A stretch of 64,000 nt of DNA from a bacterium (GTDB lineage Bacteria > Hinthialibacterota > Hinthialibacteria > Hinthialibacterales > Hinthialibacteraceae), in NCBI GenBank assembly GCA_963662285.2, contig CAXXMV010000008.1:736001-800000 (forward strand), given 5' to 3'. A program made the position numbers and the translations under genes. The notes beneath the pieces are model-generated. The model saw nothing but the letters and a program-made list of their open reading frames with translations, searched no databases and was not told the origin of the DNA. Positions 21,095 through 29,908 of this stretch are shown here, piece by piece. Position 1 is the first letter of the stretch. Every line of letters starts with the position of its first letter.

Positions 21095-24000
21095 ATGCTT
21101 CATTGCCCTAAATGCCATTCTTCAGATTTGACATTTCGTAAAAAGAAAAACGTCTATATTTGCGATAACTGCGATCATGAGTTTCATACGAAACAATCAT
21201 TTACCGCAAAGCGGATTTTTATCAGTTACGGACATGATGAACATGCCGCGTTGGCAGAAAAACTCAAAAACGATCTTGAAAAGCGTGGACAACTTGTTTG
21301 GTTCGATCGCAACCGGATTCCGCTGGGGCCGGATTGGGAGCTCAGCATCGAACAAGGTCTGGCTTGGTTGAGAGAGAACAGGGAAAACAGTCTCTTTATC
21401 ATCATCATGACACCCCACTCCGTGCGGCGACCGGATGCTTATTGTCTAAATGAAATAGCTTATGCGGTTTCTAAAAAATTCGACATTTTACCGATCATGC
21501 TGGTATATTGCGAACCGCCACTGTCGATCCTTCGCTATCAATATCTAGATATGCAGGATTGTCTTCCAATCGATATTCACGCAACACGCTATGAGAAGCA
21601 TTTTGAACGACTGTGCCAAGCGATCGAGCAGAACCATCGTGATTTTGAGGGTAATCAAGCATATTTCATGAAGTATCTTGATCCATTTTCGCTCTCATTC
21701 AACGCTCAAGTATTATCGAAATTGCCGAATTTTGTGGGACGAGGGTGGGTGATAGAAGCAATCGACCGCTGGCTCAGCGATCCTGAAGGTTCAAAAGTGT
21801 TTTGGATCAGCGGCAAGGCGGGCATCGGAAAATCATCGTTGTCGGTTTGGCTTGTTGAGAATCGCCCGGAAATCGCCGCCTTTCACATGTGCGAGTATCG
21901 CAACAACAATAAATCCGATCCCAAAATATGTCTGCTGTTTCTAGTTTATCAACTCACCCAAGAACTGCCTGATTACCAGGAGAAACTATTACAGCGCGAC
22001 ATTTCCAAAGACGTGCTGGAAAGCGACGCTTCGACGTTGTTTGATTCGCTAGTGGTTGAGCCGCTTTCGATGATCAAAGCGCCTGAACACAACTTCGTGA
22101 TTTTGATCGATGCGTTGGATGAAGCATCGCAAGGTCGTGTTAACGACCTGGCCGAATTCATCGCCAACGACTTCAAGAAGACGCCTTCCTGGCTACGCCT
22201 CATTGTCACCAGCCGACCAGAGACGAATATCCAGACGTATTTTCAATCCATAGATCCCTTTGATTTGGACAAGGCCAAAGATCAGAACGAAAACGACATC
22301 AAAACCTACTTACAAACTGCCTTGAAGCCGTTTTATCCCGATCAACCCATTTCTTCCGGCGTCTTGCAGACCATCGTCGAAAAAAGCGAGATGGTTTTCA
22401 CCTACGTTCAACAAATCATCCAAGAATTGCACGCAGGCCGACTGTCGTTGGATCGGTTAGATGAATTTCCCCGCGGATTGGGCGAATACTTTTTTACATG
22501 GTTTAAGCGACAATTTCCCGAAGCCGACAAACGCAAGCATGACAGCCAGGGGACCGTAGAGATATACAAAAAGCAATGTCTCCCCTTGTTGGAACTCCTG
22601 GCTGTCGCCCAAGAGCCATTAGCCTTGAATACCATTAAATCGATTTTGAACTGGGGCGATTATGGCGATGACATCATTAACTTTTTCGGTTCATTGCTCA
22701 TCAAGGATGAGACGGTTCATCCCTTTCACAGTTCGCTGATGGATTGGTTGGAAGATTCACAACGGTCGTATCCCTATACCATCCGCGCCATCGCCGGGCA
22801 TCGCCGTATGATGGAGTATGGTTGGGGAGTGTATGAAGACAATGTCCAAACCCTTCCTGTGTATTTTTTAAGGCGCCTTCCTCTTCATCTAATGGCTTTG
22901 GAGGAATGGGATCGTATCCGACAGTTTCTTTGTGAACCGCATATTCTCTCTCATTGGTCGAGGGATAAGCAGCAATATGAATTGCTCGCGCTGTGGCGGC
23001 AAATTGGCGAGGCCCTGGACATGGTCGCTCTATATATGGAGGCGACTGTACATCTGGGGGCATCGGATTTTTCACCTCGGCGAAAGCAGCAGATTTTACG
23101 TTCGATCGCTTCGTTTTTGGCTTTGAACGGTCACTATTCGTCGGCGGAAACTCTTCTTCGACAAGCGTTAGCGATTCTGATGGAATTAGAGGAAGCGTCT
23201 TTGATCGATGTAACCGAATGCAAGGAGGATTTAGCGCGAGTTTATACACATCAATACAAGCAGGCCCCGGCGCTTCGTTTATTTAAGGAAGTGGAAAAAG
23301 CATATGAAAGCGAATTGGGCTTGGATCACTCTGATATGGCAGATTTATTCACCCATATGTCGGATTTGTATTATCAGCAATGCCGATTCACTGAGGCAGC
23401 GCATTATTGCCGTCAGGCTCTTAATATCCATAAGAAACATTTTCACTTCAATCACTCTCTTCTCGCTGATTCGCAGCATGCCTTGGCGAATATCAATCGC
23501 TCTCAAGGGTGTGGTGAAGAAGCGGAATCGCTCTATTTGAGATGTCTGAACATTCACCACGAAAACTTGGGAGATGATCATATCAAGGTCGCCGACGTGT
23601 TGCACGATTTGGCGATTCTCTACTTTCAACAAAATAACATTACGCAAGCGGAATACCATTTCAAACGCGCATTCGAGATTCGCAACCGTTTTTTGGGGGC
23701 GTCTCACCCTCAAATCGCGGATACATTGAGCGCGTTGGCGGACGTCATGGTCTCCAAAGGTGACCTTACGGGCGCCGAACGGTATTATCAAGACGCCTTA
23801 CAGATGCTGGAGACGTCATTCGGCAAAGAAAGCGTAAAGCGGGCGGACGTTATGGAGCGATTCGCCGAGCTCTATATACGTCAGGATCGCTTTGAACCGG
23901 CGATGCGGCTGCTCGATGAAACTCTCTCCATTCGAAATAAGTATTTGGGTCCCATTCAGTTCGACACCATGCGCGCACGGCGTAAGAGAACACAATTACA

Positions 24001-25720
24001 GCTACGTTATGAAGGACTGGATAAAAGAAGTGCGTTTGCTAATCGAAATGAGTTCCTTGATATCGAAAGCAGACTGGCTGAAACGTACGGTCAGGCAATC
24101 TATGATGCATTTGTAGAGAAAAAAAGTCCGGAACCGGGCGATTTACTGCCGCCCCAAACCGCCGTACAGTTACAAAATGATCTTGCCCTACTTAGGGATG
24201 TGATAGAAATACGCTTGTATGCGGATGTTCTTTCCTACACCATGGTTCAATACCGCATTTGTGAGCTCAGTGGAGATTGGGGCGATGTGGGAAAAGACCG
24301 CGCCGATTTTAATTTGATGCAAGTACTGCTTTCTCTTCCGCCCGATGAAGAGATCCAATTTCACCACTATTCACTATATGCAGAGGCGCGAGAGGAATTG
24401 ATGGGAACGCTGCATCTTGATCGCTTGAATAAAGAATCGATCGATGCGTTGAAAAAAAAGATGGAATGGTTCGAGTTAAAGATATTAAACAAAAAATTCA
24501 ATCTGAAATCGAAGGAGATTAATCGAATTCTCGCATGGTTGAAATCCAATCATCGATTGACAAACTCATCGGAATGCTTGTTATGGGGAAGAGCAGATTG
24601 CTTCGGTATGCAAAACAACACAATATCCATCTACCACCATGAGGAGATGCGTTCACCTTTGCTGGCCAATTATTGCGTATCATTTTCGAAAGATACGGAA
24701 ATCATCTTACGTGAAGAAGGGATCAACTATGTGATGTATATCAAATGGGCGAGTGTATTTAATGGTTCGGCGTTTGCGCCGACGGCTAAGGAACAAATCT
24801 CGGATCGTCTAAAACAATGCGCGCTGGAGGCCTGCCGAATCGGAACGCGACGGGATTTTGAACTGCAGAAAGATTTTTTCATCAGCGCCATGATGGAAAA
24901 TATTTTTTATTATGAATTAACCGACAAATCACTCAATGAGGTGGTTGGAAGTATATCCGTTGGAATGCAATCTGGATTAAGGAACTTCCACAATAAAAAT
25001 TTCCTGGCGCACGTGAATTGTCTTACATGCGAATGGCATCCGCTTGTCGATGGCAAAGTCAGCCCCATCGGCAATATTTTAGACACAGCTATCGAGAAGA
25101 GCGATTACAACCGCGCCTTGCAACTTCTATATATCTATCTCAGCGACGGCTGGTTTCTAGACACCGACATCTCTTTTATGTATCCCTATACTCATATTCT
25201 GTACCTTCTTATTCTTCCTTATCTGAAAGAGCCTTTGTATGTCGACTTTGAAATGATGCAAAAGGATTTGCCGACACTGTTTGATTTTATGATAAGTGAA
25301 TATAAGCGAATGCTCGAACATTTGCATAATTTCCTTCTTAAACGAAGTTATATTGATGAGGGAAAAGAATGCCATTTTGAGAATATCAAAGATAAGATTC
25401 TCTGCTTCCAAACACTTTATGAAACGTTGGGTACACATTTCGACACGGAATGGGTGAAATCAATTAATTTTTGGAGAAATTTTTTCAGCAGAGTTCTTCG
25501 AGAAGATCCCTTGTTTCATCAGGCATTGACGATTCAGATCCAAGAATATCAAATGGATTTCTATGCCAAATTGTTGAGTCGTTTTCATGGCCAAAAGCAA
25601 TACGATCCCAGCCCGGCTGGTGTTGAGAATTATATCATCGAACAAATGACGGATCGAGGGTACTCCATTCGAGATAAGCAGATGATCTATCTACCTTTAT
25701 CCGAACTTGGACTCGATTGA
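21095..25720 (+). CDS. Zn-ribbon + TIR + NACHT + TPR protein with an unassigned C-terminal region
   Basis: CPKC...CDNC; IFISYGH, VWFDR, YCLNEIAYA (TIR catalytic Glu); FVGRGW, GKAGIGKS, ILIDALDE, LIVTSRPE (NACHT); 42-aa LG.DH..A TPRs. Confidence 0.9.
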   Translation: MLHCPKCHSSDLTFRKKKNVYICDNCDHEFHTKQSFTAKRIFISYGHDEHAALAEKLKNDLEKRGQLVWFDRNRIPLGPDWELSIEQGLAWLRENRENSLFIIIMTPHSVRRPDAYCLNEIAYAVSKKFDILPIMLVYCEPPLSILRYQYLDMQDCLPIDIHATRYEKHFERLCQAIEQNHRDFEGNQAYFMKYLDPFSLSFNAQVLSKLPNFVGRGWVIEAIDRWLSDPEGSKVFWISGKAGIGKSSLSVWLVENRPEIAAFHMCEYRNNNKSDPKICLLFLVYQLTQELPDYQEKLLQRDISKDVLESDASTLFDSLVVEPLSMIKAPEHNFVILIDALDEASQGRVNDLAEFIANDFKKTPSWLRLIVTSRPETNIQTYFQSIDPFDLDKAKDQNENDIKTYLQTALKPFYPDQPISSGVLQTIVEKSEMVFTYVQQIIQELHAGRLSLDRLDEFPRGLGEYFFTWFKRQFPEADKRKHDSQGTVEIYKKQCLPLLELLAVAQEPLALNTIKSILNWGDYGDDIINFFGSLLIKDETVHPFHSSLMDWLEDSQRSYPYTIRAIAGHRRMMEYGWGVYEDNVQTLPVYFLRRLPLHLMALEEWDRIRQFLCEPHILSHWSRDKQQYELLALWRQIGEALDMVALYMEATVHLGASDFSPRRKQQILRSIASFLALNGHYSSAETLLRQALAILMELEEASLIDVTECKEDLARVYTHQYKQAPALRLFKEVEKAYESELGLDHSDMADLFTHMSDLYYQQCRFTEAAHYCRQALNIHKKHFHFNHSLLADSQHALANINRSQGCGEEAESLYLRCLNIHHENLGDDHIKVADVLHDLAILYFQQNNITQAEYHFKRAFEIRNRFLGASHPQIADTLSALADVMVSKGDLTGAERYYQDALQMLETSFGKESVKRADVMERFAELYIRQDRFEPAMRLLDETLSIRNKYLGPIQFDTMRARRKRTQLQLRYEGLDKRSAFANRNEFLDIESRLAETYGQAIYDAFVEKKSPEPGDLLPPQTAVQLQNDLALLRDVIEIRLYADVLSYTMVQYRICELSGDWGDVGKDRADFNLMQVLLSLPPDEEIQFHHYSLYAEAREELMGTLHLDRLNKESIDALKKKMEWFELKILNKKFNLKSKEINRILAWLKSNHRLTNSSECLLWGRADCFGMQNNTISIYHHEEMRSPLLANYCVSFSKDTEIILREEGINYVMYIKWASVFNGSAFAPTAKEQISDRLKQCALEACRIGTRRDFELQKDFFISAMMENIFYYELTDKSLNEVVGSISVGMQSGLRNFHNKNFLAHVNCLTCEWHPLVDGKVSPIGNILDTAIEKSDYNRALQLLYIYLSDGWFLDTDISFMYPYTHILYLLILPYLKEPLYVDFEMMQKDLPTLFDFMISEYKRMLEHLHNFLLKRSYIDEGKECHFENIKDKILCFQTLYETLGTHFDTEWVKSINFWRNFFSRVLREDPLFHQALTIQIQEYQMDFYAKLLSRFHGQKQYDPSPAGVENYIIEQMTDRGYSIRDKQMIYLPLSELGLD

Positions 25721-25798
25721 AACAGGACGAAACTACTGGAACTGTTGAGCAGTACAGACGACGCGTTCTTGACAAACAGAGCATTAATCGAGGTTTTT

Positions 25799-28700
25799 AT
25801 GCTAATCGATTTTCTGACTTATCAACGAGAGACCCAAAAGCAACCGGCTCCGTCTAAGCCACTCGATTGGACTTGCGGGGAATTGCTTTGTGATGTCAGC
25901 TATCTTCAATACACGGGGCCGTCGGAATGGGAGTGCACTGGTTTATTCGGCTCTTCACATACATGCAAAGATATACACCGGAATCGCCGTTTTCTCTGCT
26001 TGGTTCCACGGGAAGAAATCTATCGCAAAGGTTGGGTGCGTAAGCGATTTGCGTTTGAGTACAAACGGCTTCTCACCGCCTCTCCCTCCCCCTTTCTGAT
26101 GATTCCCGTAGGATGGATCGAAAGGGTTGATTATGTCATGTGCATCTTGGAATGGAATGACAGGGTTCCGCTGCAAACCTTGTTAGAATCATCACAATCG
26201 GCGCCATCCTCTTCTCCACTTCCCTTTGCCGATCCCCAAGTGCGAGCGCGCGATGCACTCGAATTGTTTTTCCAAGTCGCCACGGGAATGAAACAGTTGC
26301 ATGACAAAACAGGGTTGATTCATCACAATCTTCATCCCGGAACCCTCTTTTGGAGTCAAGAGCGTCAGGCGTTTCAAATCAGCGGTTTTCTACTTTCGCA
26401 TAGTCTGTATTGGACTCGGGAGGATGAACCTGAGTTTGAAACGACATTTCCGGACAACAATGTATCTTCAGAAGATAGTATCTGCGCATTTCAATTTCCC
26501 GAATCCGTCCGTCCCTATCTTCCTCCAGATGTTCTCGATAATCCCCTGCATGCGGAACCCTGCGACGATATATATTCTCTCGGCATGATCGTATATCAAA
26601 TTCTGCATAATTTTAACGATGAAGTCGTCAAGCGGTTTCCAACGGATGGTTTTGAAACGCCCGAGTGTGGAAGTGATGGGCTTCTTACCTTACTGCGCCG
26701 ATGCCTGGCGACGCAGAGGGATGATCGATGCATTTCGTGGGACGCTCTTCTCGACGATGTACGTAATATGTTGTCTGAAAATAAGAGTCGATCCCTGCAA
26801 AAACCCCAACTCATTCTTTCATGCGACGACTGTGTGAATCTATCCTGGGCGCACATCGACATGAGTAAATACAGTCGCGCCGGGGAATGGGCCAACCAAG
26901 CCCTCGACATCGAGTCGAATAATTCTTTCGCTCAAATAGCCAAGATGATCACTCTTGGGAAAATCGGTCGCTTGGATGAAGCCTTTGAAATTGGATCATC
27001 CTTACTTCGTAGAGAGCCGGAAAACGCCGAAGCGCATAATTATATGGGTTATTTGTATTACCAAAAAGGAGATTTCAAAACCAGTCTTGAACATTTTGAA
27101 TCCAGTTTGCGTTACGATTCCAACCTAGCCTGCAACTATAACAACCTCACTGTACTCTATCTTGTTCACGAACGCCTGAAAGAAGCGCGGGACTGCTTGA
27201 TGCGGGGCTTGGAACGCTTTCCCTTCGATCCCGATCTATTGGTTTCATGGGTTAGTGTATCCGAATCGCTAGGAGACCTCCCGAGCGCATTGGCCCATCT
27301 CGAAGAAAAACTCGCGGACGATTGGGATGGCTCCATTCACAATGCGTATGGTATGGTGCTGGAAAAAAAAGGCCGCCTCGATGACGGAATAATCCGGCTA
27401 GAGGCCTTTCTTTCGACCAGGCCGAGCGCCCATCTCGCTTGGAACCGGTTGGGAATTCTTTCAGAAAACGCCGGACATTTGGAAAAAAGTCTGGAAAGTT
27501 TTCAAAAGGCCATCCGTCTCAAACCACATGACGAAAACTATGTGGGCAATTGCCTACGGATTTTAAACTCATTGGGTTGTTTGTCTGAGGGAATTCAACT
27601 TGGAGAACAATGGTTGTCCTGTTATTATCCCGCAATGTCTGTTAGCAGCCTATTGGGAGTGCTATTGACTAATGCGGATGAGATAGAACGCGCGGTAGAG
27701 CCTCTTCAGAACGCTCAACGCATTGCCCCTTGCGATGAGACATTGGCGGGCAATCTGGTTCACAGTCTGCGCATTGCCGACCAGGTAAATCAAGCCATTG
27801 AATTCGGCGCCGAATGGTCAGTAACTCATAAAGGTGGATCGTATTTTTGGAATCAATTGGGGAACGCCTATTTTGGCTTGGAGCGTTTTGCCGAAGCAAT
27901 TCCCTGTTATCAGAAAGCTCTGGAATTCGAACCGGATGATGCAGAAATCGCATCCAATTTATTAAATGCCTATTTTAAAATAAACGATTTTTCCGCTTGT
28001 ATGCAATTCGCCGAAGCATGGCTTGCAGACCATCAGGGCAACGAGAATTTTCATACTTACTTAAGCATCTCCTTCATCAACACGAATCAGATGGAAAAAG
28101 CCATCTCTACCTTAAAAACCGCTATCAGCAAGCAGCCTGAATTAGCAAATTCACTGAAAGAAGTGATTGCCAAATTAACTCAGAGTGGGCAGGAACAACG
28201 GGCGATTGAATTCGGCGAACTCTGGCTCCTACACAATCCTCCGACGCTGGATGTTTTGAATCAAATCGGAATCGTCCATTACGAAAACAAACGCTTTGAA
28301 GAGGCGACCGCCTGTTTTCGAAACGCACTCGAACTGGAACCAAGTAATAAAACTGTCGCATTGAATATAATGAATTCCTACGATAACTTGAATCAGTATC
28401 AGCGGTGCATCGAATTTGGAGAAAATTGGCTCCAACACAATCCTCCGACGCTGGATGTTTTGAATCTTATCGGAATCGTCCATTACAAAAACAAACGCTT
28501 TGAAGAAGCGACCGCCTGTTTCCAAAACGCGCTCGAACTGGAACCAAGTAATAAAACTGTCGCATTGAATATAATGAATTCCTACGATAACTTGAATCAG
28601 TATCAGCGGTGCATCGAATTTGGAGAAAATTGGCTCCAACACAATCCTCCGACGCTGGATGTTTTGAATCTTATCGGAATCGTCCATTACAAAAACAAAC

Positions 28701-29842
28701 GCTTTGAAGAAGCGACCGCCTGTTTCCAAAACGCGCTCGAACTGGAACCAAGTAATAAAACTGTCGCATTGAATATAATGAATTCCTACGATAACTTGAA
28801 TCAGTATCAGCGGTGCATCGAATTTGGAGAAGATTGGCTTAATCGGCACTCGCCAGATGATACAATATTCGGACATCTTGTCGATGCGTACACTCATTTA
28901 GGAAAGTATGATAAAGCAGAACAAGCGTTAGTAAAAGCACCGAAAGAATATCAATATTTGAGATGTATACTAAACGCTTACTATCAATCCAAACAATTTG
29001 ACAAAGCCATCGATTGTGCAGAACAATGGAAAGATCAATACAATCTTGAGCCGGAGTTATGGAATTCCTTGGGACAAATCCATTATGATAAAAAACAATA
29101 TTCGGAAGCCTTAGAATGCTATGAAGAAGCATCGCGATTGTCCCCTGAAAATCTAGATTACCTTAATAACTCTGCTTTGGCCTTGTCCTCATTAAAAAAA
29201 CACGATGAAGCGATTGCCCGAATGGGCTATGTACTTGAGCAACAGCCTAGTACTTTACTTTATGCACAAAATTACTTTACATGCCTTAAAGACGCCAACC
29301 ACAAAGAAAAAGCTGTTGAATTTGCGAAAGGGTGGATGGAAGCAAATACTGTGGATGAAATTTTATTGAATTCTGTAGGACTAACGTTAGATGATTTAAA
29401 GAAAGATAAAGATGCAATTGAATGCTACCAGAAGGCTCACGAACTGAATCCTCAAAATGCCGGGTATTTAAATAATATGGGAATGAGTTTCAAAGCACTC
29501 GGCCAATTCGATCAAGCCATTACTTTAACGAAGCAAGCCATAGAACTGGAGCCGAAAAATATTGTTATTATTGTGAATCATCTTATCTGTTTGAAAAGTG
29601 CAGACCGTCTGGATGAAGCGATCCAAATCGGCAATGCTTGGATTCAAGAACATGGCGAAAAACCAATAGTTTTAAATCAATTGGCGTTGATTCACGAACA
29701 AAAATTTGATTTTGAAAATGCGCTGGTCTGTTATGATTCCACACAAGAGAAAGAGAAATACCTTGCCGCATTAATAGATTACGGCCGGTATGAAGCCCTG
29801 AATCAAGCCTTGGAATGGTATGACTGGATGGAGACGGCGTGA
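25799..29842 (+). CDS. Inactive-looking Ser/Thr kinase domain + long TPR array
   Basis: QVATGMKQLH, LIHHNLHPGTL, ISGFLL, YLPPD, DIYSLGMIVY, LLRRCLA kinase subdomains; many TPRs; ATG at 25799 has a GAGG RBS (ORF track opens at 25745). Confidence 0.8.
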   Translation: MLIDFLTYQRETQKQPAPSKPLDWTCGELLCDVSYLQYTGPSEWECTGLFGSSHTCKDIHRNRRFLCLVPREEIYRKGWVRKRFAFEYKRLLTASPSPFLMIPVGWIERVDYVMCILEWNDRVPLQTLLESSQSAPSSSPLPFADPQVRARDALELFFQVATGMKQLHDKTGLIHHNLHPGTLFWSQERQAFQISGFLLSHSLYWTREDEPEFETTFPDNNVSSEDSICAFQFPESVRPYLPPDVLDNPLHAEPCDDIYSLGMIVYQILHNFNDEVVKRFPTDGFETPECGSDGLLTLLRRCLATQRDDRCISWDALLDDVRNMLSENKSRSLQKPQLILSCDDCVNLSWAHIDMSKYSRAGEWANQALDIESNNSFAQIAKMITLGKIGRLDEAFEIGSSLLRREPENAEAHNYMGYLYYQKGDFKTSLEHFESSLRYDSNLACNYNNLTVLYLVHERLKEARDCLMRGLERFPFDPDLLVSWVSVSESLGDLPSALAHLEEKLADDWDGSIHNAYGMVLEKKGRLDDGIIRLEAFLSTRPSAHLAWNRLGILSENAGHLEKSLESFQKAIRLKPHDENYVGNCLRILNSLGCLSEGIQLGEQWLSCYYPAMSVSSLLGVLLTNADEIERAVEPLQNAQRIAPCDETLAGNLVHSLRIADQVNQAIEFGAEWSVTHKGGSYFWNQLGNAYFGLERFAEAIPCYQKALEFEPDDAEIASNLLNAYFKINDFSACMQFAEAWLADHQGNENFHTYLSISFINTNQMEKAISTLKTAISKQPELANSLKEVIAKLTQSGQEQRAIEFGELWLLHNPPTLDVLNQIGIVHYENKRFEEATACFRNALELEPSNKTVALNIMNSYDNLNQYQRCIEFGENWLQHNPPTLDVLNLIGIVHYKNKRFEEATACFQNALELEPSNKTVALNIMNSYDNLNQYQRCIEFGENWLQHNPPTLDVLNLIGIVHYKNKRFEEATACFQNALELEPSNKTVALNIMNSYDNLNQYQRCIEFGEDWLNRHSPDDTIFGHLVDAYTHLGKYDKAEQALVKAPKEYQYLRCILNAYYQSKQFDKAIDCAEQWKDQYNLEPELWNSLGQIHYDKKQYSEALECYEEASRLSPENLDYLNNSALALSSLKKHDEAIARMGYVLEQQPSTLLYAQNYFTCLKDANHKEKAVEFAKGWMEANTVDEILLNSVGLTLDDLKKDKDAIECYQKAHELNPQNAGYLNNMGMSFKALGQFDQAITLTKQAIELEPKNIVIIVNHLICLKSADRLDEAIQIGNAWIQEHGEKPIVLNQLALIHEQKFDFENALVCYDSTQEKEKYLAALIDYGRYEALNQALEWYDWMETA
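28231..28842 (+). repeat. Three tandem 204-bp (68-aa) near-identical repeats in the TPR array
   Basis: ACACAATCCTCCGACGCTGGATG at 28231, 28435 and 28639. Confidence 0.95.
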
Positions 29843-29908
29843 TGAAAATCAAATTTGTTGGAGAGGAAGGTTTAGAATCGAAATTCTTTTTAAGGATCTT
29901 CAGAAAAC

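Noticed and set aside
28229-28897. 222-aa antisense ORF with repeats, and similar shadow ORFs (22701-23249, 49140-49811, 52807-53382)
   Set aside because: They lie opposite well-supported genes, have no recognisable motifs, and their length is explained by repeats or codon bias
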